From assembly GCA_965240325.2 (NCBI GenBank), contig OZ251224.1:3038001-3102000 (forward strand): 64,000 nt of DNA, read 5' to 3'. This document shows positions 12,011 through 27,037 of this stretch, piece after piece (positions within the stretch are counted from its first letter, which is position 1; each line of letters opens with the position of its first letter). Made by a program: the position numbers and the translations under genes. The notes beneath the pieces were generated by a model. It had not been told where the DNA came from. It searched no databases and saw only the letters and a program-made list of their open reading frames with translations. The stretch is from Rebecca billardiae RCC1528. Taxonomy: Eukaryota > Protista > Haptophyta.

Positions 12011-13049
12011 CTTTGATTTCGTACCCATGCACTTCCTGGTGGGCCTGACGACGTCCGGACGACGACAACAACGACATCCGCCATGGGGACCAACATCAAC
12101 GCGCTCACACCACTGCAACTGCTGCAAGCTTCGACAAGTACCACTACAGACGAATCAGGAGAGCTGCGCCCTCGTGCCTGTGTCTTTAAATCATAGAATT
12201 AGTCAGCAGAACTCAAGAAGGGGCAGGGCCAGCCAGGTTTGGCGTTTGCCACTGGCGACTGCACACGGCAACAGGGGCGTTTGCGCCCTGTTGTCGTGTG
12301 CACACTGGGGCGCAAAAGGGGTCACCCTCAGGGGGTTTCGCACTGCTGTTGCCGTGTGCACCGGCCCGCTGTGGCCGTGCACACGGCAACAGGGCGCAAA
12401 CGGCCCTGTTGCCGTGTGCAGGCGTGCATGGCTTGCGATGGCAGCCAGCCGTCAGCAGGGCGCCACGCCCACTGTTCGTTGGTAGGCTGGCCCGATGGCG
12501 TCGCGGAGCTCACGCGTACGGGGGAGGAGGGCATCGACGAGGAGACGACCAAGGGCGAGAAGCAGCAGGGGGCACGCAGCACGGGGCTCGGAGCATGCCG
12601 CGAGCACGCGTGCCTCCACACCGTCGCACATCAACCTTGCTCGTAGCTGTGCGCTGTGCTGCCACTCATCTCACCATCGCCCATGCTACGGGCGCGGCCG
12701 GGTGGTGGGCATCTACCTGTCGGCGCAGCACTGGCACCGGTGGTCGCCAGACACTCCTCGACTTGCTCTGCGCGTCACAGCAAGGAGACGGCAGCGGCAC
12801 AGCTGCGTGAGCACATGAGGTCCTACTACTCTAGTAGTACTCGGCGAGGCAGTACAGGCATGGACTGCACTCCAGGTGCATGCGAGCTACTGGCATACTC
12901 CCCTACTCAGACCGCAGGACCATCAATGCGGCGCTGCTTCGGATACACGAGCGCAGCGCTGCTGGTAACAGCGGCGCTGTTGATGCTGCAGCAGCAGTAC
13001 GTACAGTATAATGACGGGCGGCAGCAGTTGCTCCAACTAACAGCTCGGT

Positions 13050-14900
13050 GGTGCTCGCTTGAACGGCCTGGGCAATGGCGCGCCAAACGCAGCGACCTGG
13101 CCCATCGCGCCCGCCGCGATGGGGTCGCTGGCACCTGATGATGCTGCACCCGCGCCCATCCGGGCCGCCAACACCAGCGGCAGCCACGCTCGAGTCTGCA
13201 CTGCATGCGGCAGCAGCTGCTGGAATGGTCCCGCGGCGGATGACGGCTTTCGCCGCAGATGACAGCTCGGTGTCGCTCGCTCGAGGGGCCTCGTCGATGG
13301 ACGCGCCGAGCGCCGTGACGTTGCTCCACACGACCACGGCACTGCCCAGCGCGCTGGAGCCGCTGCCATCTGGTGCTGCTGTGCCCGCGCCCAGCTGGGG
13401 CCCAGCTGCAGCTGCACTTGACTCCGCGCCGCATTGGCTGCAGCAGCAGGGATGGTGCCACGGCGGGCGGCGTGGCTCGGCGCAGCTGTCAGCTCGGCGG
13501 TGCGCGCCCGAGGGGCCCGGGCATTGGATGCACCGAGCGCGGTGTCACTGCTCGCCTCCCGCAGCGCGCTGGAGCCGCTGCCATCCGACGCTGCTGCGCC
13601 CGCGCCCAGCTTGGGCAGCAGCGGCTGCGCTAGACTCCGCGCCGCGTGCGGCAGCAGCAGCAGGGATGGTGCCACGGCGGGCGGCGGCGGTCGCTGGAGC
13701 TGAAAGCTCGGCTGTGTGCGCCCGAGGGGCCTGGGCGGTGGGCGCACCGAACGCGGTGCCGCTGCTCGCCTCGCCCATGGCGCTCGAGCCGCTGCCATCC
13801 GACGCTGCTGCGCACGCGCCAAGCTTGGGCAGCAGCGGCTGCGCTCGACTCCGCGCCGCGTGCGGCAGCAGCAGCAGGGATGGTGCCACGGTGGGCGGCG
13901 GCGGTCGCTGGAGCTGAAAGCTCGGCTGTGTGCGCCCGAGGGGCCTGGGCGGTGGGCGCACCGAACGCGGTGCCGCTGCTCGCCTCGCCCATGGCGCTGG
14001 AGCCGCTGCCATCCGACGCTGCTGCGCCCGCGCCAAGCTTGGGCAGCAGCGGCTGCGCTCGACTCCGCGCCGAGTGCGGCGGCAGCAGCAGGGATGGTGC
14101 CACGGCGGGCGGCGTGGGTCGCTGGAGCTGAAAGCTCGGCGGTGTGCGCCTGAGGGGCGTGGGCGCTGGACGCACCGAGCGCGGTGCCGCTGCTCGCCTC
14201 GCCCATGGCGCGCGAGCCGCTGCCATCCGGTGCTGGTGCGCCCACGCCCAGCTGGGGCAGCAGCAGCAGCGGCGCTCGACTCCGCGCCGCGTGCGGCAGC
14301 AGCAGCAGGGATGGTGCCACTGTGGGCGGCGGCGGTTGCTGCAGCCGGCAGCTCGGCGGCGCACGCCCGAGGGGCCTGGGCTGCAGACGCGCTGAGCGCG
14401 CCATCGCCGCTCGCCTCCCGCAGCAGGGATGGTGGCACGGCGGGCGGCGGTGGTTGCTGCAGCCGGCAGCTCGGCGGTGCACGCCCGAGGGGCCTGGGCG
14501 CTGGACGCACCGAGCGCGGTGCCGCTGCTCGCCTCGCCCATAGCGCTGGAGCCGCTGCCATCCGGTGCTGCTGCGCCCGCGCCCGGCCAGGGCAGCAGCA
14601 GCAGCACTCGACTCCGCGCCGCGTGCGGCAGCAGCAGCAGGGATGGTGCCACGGCGGGCGGCCGCAGCAGCTGAAAGCTTGGCAGTGCCCACCCGAGAGG
14701 CGTGGGCGCTGGACGCACCGAGCGCGGTGTAGCCGCTCGCCTCGTTCCGTAGCGCGCTCGAGCCTCTGCCATCCGATGCCGCTGCGCCCGCGCCCCGGCG
14801 CCGCTGCACGGCTGCAGCTGGCAGGCCTGGCAGCAGCTGCGCTCCGGAGGCTTCGCGCCGCATGCGGTGGTAGCAGCAGGGAGGTGCCACGGCCAAGCCG
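13050..14900 (+). repeat. 214-bp tandem array (left arm of foldback)
   Basis: CTGCCATCCGACG recurs at 13578, 13792 and 14006; outer units are degenerate. Confidence 0.9.
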
Positions 14901-15699
14901 GCGGCGGTGGTCTGGCGGTGCTGAGTGCTGCTTGGCACGCGCGCCGACCGGTCGTCGTTAAATAAACTACGTATACGTACTCTACTACAGTACTACGGTC
15001 CCGGCGTAAGTATAAACTGCTGACCAGCTGACCGTGACCGTGTCGCGCCGGAGTGTAGCACGGTGATGACGCCAGCAGTCGAGCTGCTACTGCTGCTGCT
15101 CACTACTGATGCTCTTACATTGATGAGTTAGCTTCTACTAGTAACTTACACTGTGAGCCGCCAGGCCCAGCACGACTTGTCGTCGCGACAGTCCGGATGC
15201 GGACGACGAGACCATCACATCACTGAAAAGTGACTAGCTACGCGAGCAGTCAGGCTGTGACGGCGGACAGACGACAACACCGCCGCCAGGGTACCGATCC
15301 GGATAGACCGCTAGGTGGAGTAAGAGTCACTTATATATATACTGTACGCACATGACGGCAGAGTGTCGGACAGCCGCCGCCCCGGAGCTGGCTGATGCGC
15401 ATCGTCGTAGTCGGAGTACCGCTCTGAACGGCTAGTCGGAGATTGACGATGATATTCGAGATATATATGCTCGGCGGTGCCGTAGCAGTACGCGTGGATA
15501 ATTTAAAGAGTAGTTCTTACGTACGTACTCGTCTAGGCAGATGCTGATGTAGTGATGACGATGCATGATGCTGCTGATAACTTCTTCATCGCCTACCTGC
15601 CGGGCTACGACTGGTCTGCGCCGCCGGCCTTATGAATATGAGCTGACCGGCATTGCCCGCCCCGGAACCTGCTGGCGGCTCGGCTCGCACGGCAGGACA

Positions 15700-17370
15700 G
15701 AAGAAGTGTCGTAGCAACAGCTCCGGGGGCTGGCCAGCGCGCCTGACGCGTGCATCAGCGTCACTGCATTGCGCACGTCTGCCGCCCAGGCCCCTCGCGC
15801 GTGCAGCACCGAGCTGCTAGCTGCATGCACCGCCGCCCGCCCGCCGTGGCGCCATCCCTGATGCTGCAGCCGCACTCGGCGCGACAGGGCGCGGGCGCGG
15901 CAGCATCGGATGGCAGCGGCTCGAGCGCGCCGGGCGAGGCGAGAGGCGTCAGCGCGCTCAATGCACCCACCGCCCAGGCCCCTCAGGCGCACACCGCCGA
16001 GCTTTCAGCTCTAGCGACCGTCGTCGCCCACCGTAGCACCATCCCTGGTGCTGCCGCCCCACGCGGCGCGGAGTCGAGCGCAGCCGCTGCTGCGCAAGCT
16101 TGGCGCGGGTGCAGCAGCGTCGGATGGCAGTGGCTCCAGCGCCATGGGCGAGGCGAGCAGCGGCACCGCGTTCGGTGCGCCCACCGCCCAGGCCCCTCAG
16201 GCGCGCACCGCCGAGCTTTCAGCTCCAGCGACCGCCACCGCCCGCCGTAGCACCATCCCTGCTGCTGCTGCCGCACTCTGCGCGGAGTCGAGCGCAGCCG
16301 CTGCTGCCCAAGCTTGGCGCGGGCGCAGCAGCGTCGGATGGCAGCGGCTCGAGCGCCATGGGCGAGGCGAGCAGCGGCACCGCGTTCGGTGCGACCACCG
16401 CCCAGGCCCCTCGGGCGCACACAGCCGAGCTTTCAGCTCCAGCGACCGCCGCCGCCCACCGTGGCACCATCCCTGCTGCTGCTGCCGCACGCGGCGCGGA
16501 GTCTAGCGCAGCCGCTGCTGCCCAAGCTTGGCGCGTGCGCAGCAGCGTCGGATGGCAGCGGCTCGAGCGCCATGGGCGAGGCGAGCAGCGGCACCGCGTT
16601 CGGTGCGCCCACCGCCCAGGCCCCTCGGGCGTGCACCGCCGAGCTGACAGCTCCGTCGACCGCCACCGCCCGCCGTGGCACCATCCCTGCTGCTGCCGCC
16701 GCACTCTGCGCGGAGTCGAGCGCAGCCGCTGCTGCCCAAGCTTGGCGCGGGCGCAGCAGCGTCGGATGGCAGCGGCTCGAGCGCCATGGGCGAGGCGAGC
16801 AGCGGCACCGCGTTCGGTGCGCCCACCGCCCAGGCCCCTCAGGCGCGCACCGCCGAGCTTTCAGCTCTTGCGACCGTCGTCGCCCACCGTAGCACCATCC
16901 CTGCTGCTGCCGCCGCACTCTGCGCGGAGTCGAGCGCAGCCGCTGCTGCCCAAGCTTGGCGCGTGCGCAGCAGCGTCGGATGGCAGCGGCTCCAGCGCCA
17001 TGGGCGAGGCGAGCAGCGGCACCGCGTTCGGTGCGCCCACCGCCCAGGCCCCTCAGGCGTGCACCGCCGAGCCGACAGCTCCGTCGACCGCCGCCGGCCG
17101 CCGTGGCACCATCCCTGCTGCTGCCACGGCACGCGGCGCTGAGTTGAGCGCAGCTGCTGCTGCCCAAGCTGGGCGCGGGCACAGTAGTGCTCGAGGCAGC
17201 GGCTCCAGCGCGCTTGGCAGTTCCGTGGGCGCATCGAGCAGCGTCACCACGCTCGGCGCGTCCGTCGTCCAGGCCCTTCGAACCAGTGACACCAAGCTGT
17301 CAGCCGCGGCGACCGCCGTCATCCGTGCAGGACCATCCCAGCGGCCCAGCTGCTGCTGCCGCGTGCAGCA
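15700..17370 (-). repeat. 214-bp tandem array, inverted (right arm of foldback)
   Basis: Reverse complement of the 13050-14900 unit. Confidence 0.9.
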
Positions 17371-18048
17371 TAGAGTAGAGCGCCCCTCAGCCTGCCGGCA
17401 GAGTGGGGCGCAGGTGTTTGAAGCAGCACCCGGCGGTTGGTCCTGCGCTCCTGGGCACGGCTATGTACCTGTTGGTCTCATGAATGCGGGGGAATGCCAG
17501 CGCTCGCCACGCGTGCTCAGCCTCTCAGCCTCGCAAAGCAGAGGAGCACTTCATCTGCGAGCTCACACAGCTGTGCCGCTGCCGTCTCCTTGCTGTGACG
17601 CGCAGAGCAAGTCGAGGAGTGTCTGGCGACCACCGGTGCCAGTGCTGCGCCGACAGGTAGATGCCCACCACCCGGCCGCGCCCGTAGCATGGGCGATGGT
17701 GAGATGAGTGGCAGCACAGCGCACAGCTACGAGCAAGGTTGATGTGCGACGGCGGTGTGGAGGCACGCGTGCTCGCGGCATGCTCCGAGCCCCGTGCTGC
17801 GTGCCCCCTGCTGCTTCTCGCCCTTGGTCGTCTCCTCGTCGATGCCCTCCTCCCCCGTACGCGTGAGCTCCGCGACGCCATCGGGCCAGCCTACCAACGA
17901 ACAGTGGGCGTGGCGCCCTGCTGACGGCTGGCTGCCATCGCAAGCCATGCACGCCTGCACACGGCAACAGGGCCGTTTGCGCCCTGTTGCCGTGTGCACG
18001 GCCACAGCGGGCCGGTGCACACGGCAACAGCAGTGCGAAACCCCCTGA

Positions 18049-18781
18049 GGCTTGCAAACCAAGCCCCCCAAAACCCCTCGCGCGGCGAAAGGCACCGTCC
18101 CTTAGGAGTCGATGCCTTCCGGGAGCTCTTTGAATACGCGTTGCGCGTGCGCGGGCACTCCCGGACAGCCGCCGCCAAGAAGGCCAGCCTGCGCGCGCCC
18201 TCCTCGTCGTCCCCCGCGGCGCGTGCGCGTCGAGGCGCATGACTGGCTTTGTCGTGCAAGTCGTGCCCGTGCTCGCGGCTCATGCACACCTCACGACCGA
18301 GATGCATGTCTTGCGCGCCCTACTTTTGCTCGCACTGCGGTCTCCTCGCCGACAGCCTTGTGATCACGCGCGCCGCCATTTCAACCGGTTGCTGGCCTGC
18401 CAGCTGTCGAGCGTGTGTGTGCGGTCTGATCGATGTCGGCATGGCTGCCGGCGAAGCAGTGATATTGAGTACACCCATGCCCATCTCGCAGAAGCGAAAA
18501 AGCCGACCTTTGAATGTCCCAGGGGCGCACGCGTGCCCATCACGCTCGTCGGACAGGCCTTCTCCAGAACTGCGCTTGCTATCCGGCAGGTCTCTGCGCG
18601 CGGAGAGGGCGGCGAGGGCGTCGGCGAGGCGGCACGATTGCTGCCTACGGGTCTTCTAGCCCCCACAAAGTGCCCGCGCACGGCTGTCACGCCCGCATGC
18701 GGCCTTGGGAGCGCTGCGCAGGCGGGCCCTCGCGTCGCCCAGTGCTCGCCATCCCGTTTTGGGGGGCTTGGTTTGCAAGCC
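18049..18781. mobile_element. PIF/Harbinger-like MITE, copy 1, TSD TGA
   Basis: 25-bp TIR GGCTTGCAAACCAAGCCCCCCAAAA; TGA on both sides; empty site CCCTCAGGG at 12325-12333 in the sister arm. Confidence 0.85.
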
Positions 18782-19920
18782 TGAGGGTGACCCCTTTTGC
18801 GCCCCAGTGTGCACACGACAACAGGGCGCAAACGCCCCTGTTGCCGTGTGCAGTCGCCAGTGGCAAACGCCAGACCTTACTGGCAGGGCACAGTACGAAA
18901 ATGTGGCGAGAAGTACCCACTTCGCTATGAGCCTGTGAATATGGCTGATGAACGCTTCTTATATCCTTATTATTATAATAAAGACGCACAGTGGTACTAC
19001 TATTAGCAGTAGGATACTTACCTACCTGCACGTGAGAATCGCGGGAATCCTGGGCCGGCTGGGTCTATTCAACATGTCGTACAGCTTATTAATTATTATA
19101 CGCCGGCCGCGGCGGCCCATGGCTGCCGCACGTGCGCGTGCCCCGCATGCCTCGTGTACATGCACGCGACTGGTGTCCTGACAGCGAGGGCGGGGTGGCG
19201 TAGATGGTCTCGTGGGAGGTGCGTTAGTGTGCCGAAGACGTCTCGACACCTTGGTGGCATGCCCACATCTCTCCTTGTCGCCGCTTGCGCGCTGTGTGCT
19301 CGGCCAGCTGTTCAGAGTGCACGCCTGCCTGCACCTGCACGGCCAGTGTCGGGCGGATCGAGCCGCAGTGAGTGGTCGTGCGGGTACTCCCACTCGGTGC
19401 GCCTCTCTACCACTGTTGCAAGCCCTCGTGCGTCAACCCCAAGCCGTGCACTCGAACCCACGCCCTTCGTCATTCACGCGCAGCTCGTCGGAGCAGCCAC
19501 TTGTGAATTCGTGCAGCACTGCTGCTCAGTGACTACGGCGACGCAGCGAGGCATTGACGCGGGAGGGACTCTGTCACTCTGCGGAATTCTCGCGCGGGCC
19601 GCTCGCAAGACGTCAACATCGCGTCCATCGCCTAGAAACTGAGACTAGCGATTGGCTGGTTCGCTCAGATACCGTATACGCACAGTCCCACTCAGACTGC
19701 GGGCACTCAGAATAAACCGAGACTACGCCCTCGCCGGTGCCGCCGGCGGCCGGCTCAGCCCGTCAGCCGCTCCACCGAGCAAGGCGGCGCGCGGTGCGGC
19801 GCGCGCCTACTGTAGCCTGGACTCCAAGTCACTGTCATCAGCACGCTTCTGACCTGACTGGCAGTGCGCCGGCATCATGTCAACATTATAATGATGGCAC
19901 CATATATATATATATATATA

Positions 19921-20867
19921 CATGCGCCCTTCAGGTTGTCCCGGCTCAGCCGGTCGCTTCGGCGGCCGACGGGCCCTCGGCCGGCTCCCCCTTCCCGGGG
20001 ACTCGGTGGGGCACCGCCAGGAGTGTCTCGCGGCGGGCGGGCCGAGCGCGCGGGTCGCCAGCTGCCACCCCGCGACGTTCGATTCGACTGCTCTGCGCTG
20101 GCACGTGCACGCGGAGATCAACCACACGCAGCGGGTCCGGGATAGGCACTGGCACCCTCTTTCTCCAGCCGGCCGCCGGCTGCATCGCCTCGGGGGGCGA
20201 TGCAGCAGGTGGACGCCGCTGCACCCATCTGGCCCTTGGCGCTGGCCTCCACCGTGCCCCTCGCTCCACCCTAGGTGGGACAGGGGGTGCGGGGTGTGAC
20301 GAGCCCAGGGGCCAGGTTCCCCAGCATCAAGCACTGCATCTGCAGCAGCCCGCCGGCGGGCCGGGCTGCGACATCGACTACAACCTCATCTGCTTCATCG
20401 CCCAGAGCGCGCTAGGCGGCGCGCTCACTCTCCAAGCCCCTCTTCTGCAGCTGCGCGCAGCTTGGACGGCGCGTGGCGACGCGTACTACGACCTCATCCT
20501 CATCCAGGCGCCCACGCGGGCGCACGGGGGCGACAGCCGCGGCTGCCGCTTGCCGGAGCTGCTCGCCGCTAGGTCGGCGGGCGGCGACATGAACATCGAC
20601 TACGACCTCACCCTCATCCTGAAGTGCTCCGGAAGGCGCTCGGCCGCGGCGGCATCTGCCGTCGACGCCGCGTGCCCCACTCCCAGGCCGAGGCGGTGCT
20701 GCATCGCCTGCATCCCGGCCCCGCTCCCATTACCATAGTCCATAGGGGGGCAGGGCTGCGGGTGGCGCACTGCCTGACCTGGTTGGAAGGCGCCGGGACG
20801 CATTCTATGTGTCTGCTGCACCGTCTCGGAGCCTGACGCCTGCTTGCCCGTTGCATACCACGTCGTT
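19921..20867 (+). mobile_element. Unclassified repeat between (TA)n tracts; 3' part repeated in inverse at about 43523-43835
   Basis: About 330 bp (20540-20867) match the reverse complement of 43523-43835. Both copies abut TA runs. Confidence 0.5.
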
Positions 20868-20875
20868 ATATATAT

Positions 20876-22617
<1,742 letters not shown>

Positions 22618-24461
22618 CAGTGGGCGGGTCTCACTGGGGGACCTGCAAAACAACGGACCGGAGTTTTGGCGAAGCTTCGGCGGTTGCGCGGCGGACGGCG
22701 GCGGCGGCTTCGAAGCCGCCCCCGCGAGGGGGCGCGGGCGCTGTGGCGCGAGGCGAATGCAAGTCCGCCGCGTGAGCCGGCGGGGAAGTGAGCACCACGA
22801 GTTGTGAGGCGAACCTGGGCGATTGCGGACGCGCGCAAGCTCAAGGCGCCGCCGAATCGTGGCGACTGGCTCCACGACCAGAGGCACAAGCCGGGTGCCC
22901 GCGCTGGTGCGCGCTCGCTCGGCGCGCCGACCGTGCGTCCGCGGGGTGCAAAATCGGGCACGGTGGTTCCGCACAAGTTTCAGTGAGCAACGCGTTCCAG
23001 AAGTTCCGCTTGAAAACGCCCGCCGGAAGCGCGGTCACCATACCTGACATCTGCTGCGGCGCCCCTCGCGTCGACATCGTGCGGCGCGGCCACCGACTCC
23101 GCGCCCGCGCGCAGAATGGGAGGGGCTGGTGCAGGAGCAGATGCAGGACTCGGACGCCGAGGAGAAGTCGAGCGCCACGTTCCGCACCCACCGCTACGCA
23201 TACGGCGCTCCTGGGCGAAGACTGCCACTGTGCGGGTGGGCTGTCTCTTCGCGAGCTCTCAGCGTGGAGTCAGCGATCAAGCTGAGGTTGCAGCGCGGCA
23301 ACATCGTGCAGGGTGGGCGGGTACCGACGCCGCGCTTCGCACGCCGTCTGCGACGGCATCAAACGCCGCGACCACCGCGGCGCCCGGCCAGCGTGGCAGC
23401 ATCGGGCCTGCTGACGGCGGGCGTGACGTCGGTCGGGCGCGGGCGCGGTGGCATCCCGGGGCGCGGCGGCGAGTGCAGCAGCGGTGGCGGGCGCGGCTGC
23501 TGGCAGAGGCATCTCGCGACGAGGAGTCACTCGGCGCGCACGTCACGCCGCGCGCGATATCGATTCGTCGCCCGGCGAGCGCGGCAGCACCGGGCCTGCT
23601 GAATGCGGGCGTGACAGCCGGGCGGGCGCCGCAGCGGTCGGGCGCTGCGCCGGCACTGTCTGTAGCCGGGGCGGCGCGGTGGCAGACGCCGCGGCGGCGG
23701 ACGCCGCGGCGGCCGGCGCGACGGCGGGTGGAGCGCATCTCGCGACGAGGAGTTACTCGCCGCGCACGTCACGCTGCGCGCATCTTCGAGGGGTCGCCCG
23801 GCGAGTGCGGCAGCACCGGGCCGGCTGATGGCGCAGCGACTCGGCGGTCGCTGCGGCGGCAGCCGGCGCGGCGGCCGCAGCGGCGGCCGGCTCGGCAGCG
23901 GCGGGCGCTGCGGCGGGCGGTGCGCATCTCGCCACAAGAAGACGTTCGGTGCGAACTTCACGCCGCGCACACCATCGAGCGGAGTCTGCGGTGCTGCTTC
24001 GGCGAGCGCGTCAGCTGCACCTCCGGCCGAGCGACGAGTCGACGCAAACGACGACGCGCGACGCATCGAGCTGTTCCGAGCAGTGCCATTCACATTGGCG
24101 CTAGTGGCAGCGGTGGGCTGTACACGCTGACGACGCAGCGAGGCGTGAGGTGGTGGTCCACGCCACCGTCGTACCGCGTCGCCTCGCGCACCCCGAGCGC
24201 GCGCGACGAGCTGTACGGGCTCGGAAGCTGACAGCATCCCCGCGCCCGGCGCCGCGACCGCGACCCCGCGCAGGCCAGGGGCCCTCCCGGAGAGCTGATT
24301 TTCGTCCGCGCGCTTTGCTGAAGTCGCGCTGGTGAGCTCAGACGCCGGCGCATACCCCGCCGGCGCTAGTCTGTCGCACCCCGTTTGTTCCGAGTCGCTG
24401 AGACCGCGCCGATCGTCAGATAGTTTTGAATTTCTGCTCCGCCAGTGGGACCAGCCCACTG
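22618..24461. mobile_element. Non-autonomous Tc1/mariner-type element, TA TSD
   Basis: TA|CAGTGGGCGGGTCTCACTGG...CCAGTGGGACCAGCCCACTG|TA; internal duplication of about 230 bp; no intact ORF. Confidence 0.75.
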
Positions 24462-24464
24462 TAG

Positions 24465-24665
24465 TATGTATGTATGTACATGTATGTATGTATGTATGCA
24501 TGTATGCATGTATGTATGTATGTATGTATGTATGTATGTATGTATGTATGTATATATGTGTGTACGGTGTGGTGTGTAATGTGTGTGTGTGTCTGTCGTG
24601 TGTGTGTGTACTGTGTGACGGTGTGTGTGTGTGTGTGTCGGTGTGTGTGAGTGTGTGTGAGTGCG
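24465..24665. repeat. (GTAT)n/(GT)n compound microsatellite
   Basis: Direct reading. Confidence 0.9.
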
Positions 24666-24792
24666 TGACTCAGGCTTGCTGTCGTCAGCACGCATGTGCG
24701 ATGCGTGCTCGCGTACTCTATCGAGCGTCGTTGGTGGCCTTCCTCTGACTCTGACTCTGAGGCAGACTGGCAGGCTCAGCCCGCCCGCCGCC

Positions 24793-25575
24793 TCATTGGC
24801 GAGTCTTCTGTCCCTCAACGTAGAGGCTGCGCTCAAACTCGTCTGCCTCTGTGCGGCAACCGGGGGCCCCTTCAAACGAAAAGAGAGGGCTTTTGCTTTG
24901 TCGAAAATGCGATTCATGGACCTTGGTGCGCGAGAAGCCTGCGCGGACGAAATCCTTGATCATCGTGACATTGTCCCAGGCATTTTGGTGTGCCAGGCCA
25001 TTCTCACCTAGAAAAGCAGTCTGCTTCGAGAATGAAAGGAAATCCAACCGGAGCAACTCAAATAGTGTCCAATCCCTGGACCCGCGATTGGCCTGTATGA
25101 TCCTGCGACGTTTGAAGAGAGAGAAGCCAGCATCACCCCGCAAGTAGTGTTCCATGGTCACCCGTGGGTTTGGTGTGATCACACGCATCCAACCTCCTGG
25201 TTTGAGCACGCGGTAGCACTCTCTCATTACGGATGGGAAAACTGGAATCGCTATGTGCTCGAAGACGTGCGATGCATAGATTGCTCCGACGCTGTTCGAC
25301 GGCAGCGGGAGACCCGTGAAGTTGACATTGAAATTGACGATGATCGCACCATACGCTGGATCGATGTCGACACCAACCCATGTCGAGTGATCGACGTGGC
25401 CACAGTGCTTCCAATTCGGCCCTGGCCCGAAGATGACATTCGTCTCGGCGAGCGCGCGCGGGACGAGCTGCGCAGAACCCAGAAGGGTGAGCACGTTGCA
25501 GAGCACCGTGACGAGCGGGCACGACCGCGGGGGCGATGGCCGAGGGGCCATTTCTGGCCGAGCCGGAGGGGCCAT
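24793..25575 (-). CDS. Class I SAM-dependent methyltransferase (Methyltransf_11-like) with N-terminal hydrophobic leader, intronless
   Basis: NVIFGPGPNW, VGVDID, LPLPSNSVGAIYASHVFEH and ECYRVLKPGGWMRVITPN motifs. Confidence 0.8.
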   Translation of the reverse strand: MAPPARPEMAPRPSPPRSCPLVTVLCNVLTLLGSAQLVPRALAETNVIFGPGPNWKHCGHVDHSTWVGVDIDPAYGAIIVNFNVNFTGLPLPSNSVGAIYASHVFEHIAIPVFPSVMRECYRVLKPGGWMRVITPNPRVTMEHYLRGDAGFSLFKRRRIIQANRGSRDWTLFELLRLDFLSFSKQTAFLGENGLAHQNAWDNVTMIKDFVRAGFSRTKVHESHFRQSKSPLFSFEGAPGCRTEADEFERSLYVEGQKTRQ

Positions 25576-25842
25576 TTCCGGATGCCCCCTCGGGGCACGA
25601 TGGCTGCCGGCAGTTGAGGCAAAAGCGTGCCGCACTTGGTCGTAGATGACTCTTCTTCAGAGTTGTGGGTGGTGGATGTTTGCGCATCGTTCATGGCTTT
25701 CATTCCTTTGATGGAACCACCCGTTCCACGGGGTGTTGTTCCGCCGCCAGGCGCCCCGCACAGCGGCTGGTGGCGGACTGGCGGCAGGATGGCGATCAAG
25801 TGGCGCGTGGCCGACGTGCGGCCCGAGAGAAACGTGACTTGG

Positions 25843-26831
25843 GCGCCGCGCGCCGGGCTGGCGGGGTGGCCTGGACCCATGCGCGCCTTCGAACCCCCGG
25901 CGACCGCGCGCGCATCGGCTTCCTCCGCCTGCGAGTCGCCCGCGACCGCGCCCGCCGCCCGCTGGGAGTGGGTTGACCGCGCCCGAGCCTGCTCGCCGCC
26001 GAGCGCAGGGATGAGTTGAGCGCGGCGCGAGGCGGCGATCGTGGTCGGGCGATCGCATGCGCCCATATGGGCCCCATCTGCCACGGCGCGACCGCTTCAG
26101 CATGCGTATGTGACCCCACTTGTCATGGTTGTCTCATGTCGGGTAGCAGGTGAGCACTGTCAGCCAGCGTGTCCGCGCGCGCGCGCGCGCGCAGGGCTCT
26201 GCGGGTCGGATGCCGCTCCGTGGCGTCTCGTGATGTCTGCACTACGCATACTGGGTGGCACGAGTGGTCCGCATCTGTAGTCATGTGGCGTCTGCTGATG
26301 CCGTGTTCGCGACGAGAACTCAAGCAAGTTCTTCTCGACCAGAGTTGCCGTCAGCATTGACGCACGTTGCGAGCTGGCAGTGCAGTGAAGGGCATGCCCT
26401 TGGTGGCCCACGCAGGGCAATACACGGCAATCGGCATGCCCTGATGCCAACTGTGCCGTGTTTCCGACCCGTCTGGCCCTGCTCAGGTGCGGCGCGCGCG
26501 GACACGCTGGCTGACAGTGCTCACCTGCTACCCGACATGAGACAACCATGACAAGTGGGGTCACATACGCATGCTGAAGCGGTCGCGCCGTGGCAGATGG
26601 GGCCCATGTGGGCGCATGCGATCGCCCGACCACGATCGCCGCCTCGCGCCGCGCTCAACTCATCCCTGTGCTCGGCGGCGAGCAGGCTCGGGCGCGGTCA
26701 ACCCACTCCCAGCGGGCGGCGGGCGCGGTCGCGGGCGACTCGCAGGCGGAGGAAGCCGATGAGCGCGCGGTCGCCGGGGGTTCGAAGGCGCGCATGGGTC
26801 CAGGCCACCCCGCCAGCCCGGCGCGCGGCGC
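25843..26831. repeat. Foldback/inverted repeat (arms about 335 bp, loop about 310 bp); TSD not found
   Basis: 25843-26180 is the reverse complement of 26493-26831. Confidence 0.85.
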
Positions 26832-26937
26832 AAACAGCAACTCCTCGACAGCAGAACGCGTGGACCGCCGCGACGTCGACGTCGCCCGCCCGCCCCCGCC
26901 CCTCCTCAACGGCCGCGGCCCCGCGGGCGCCCACTGT

Positions 26938-26985
26938 GGTCCGGGAGGGGTTTAGGTGCCGTGGCACCTAAACCCCTCCCGGACC
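26938..26985. repeat. Perfect 23-bp-stem palindrome with a 2-nt loop
   Basis: GGTCCGGGAGGGGTTTAGGTGCC-GT-GGCACCTAAACCCCTCCCGGACC. Confidence 0.95.
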
Positions 26986-27037
26986 GTGTCCGAACTAATC
27001 GCCTTTCTGGAACTGGCGGGCCGTCAGCGCTCTCGCA

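Larger units (their letters stand above)
12230..18882. mobile_element. 6.65-kb foldback element (P/Galileo-like) with 7-bp TSD GCAGGGC
   Basis: GCAGGGC|CAGCCAGGTTTGGCG...CGCCAGACCTTACTG|GCAGGGC. Arm 12230-12810 is inverted at 17563-18882 (minus a MITE). Inner arms are inverted 214-bp arrays. Confidence 0.8.

Noticed and set aside
13037-17707. Long Ala/Arg-rich ORFs in the 214-bp arrays (also 59065-61344)
   Set aside because: The unit length is not a multiple of 3, and the open frames reflect stop-poor GC repeats.
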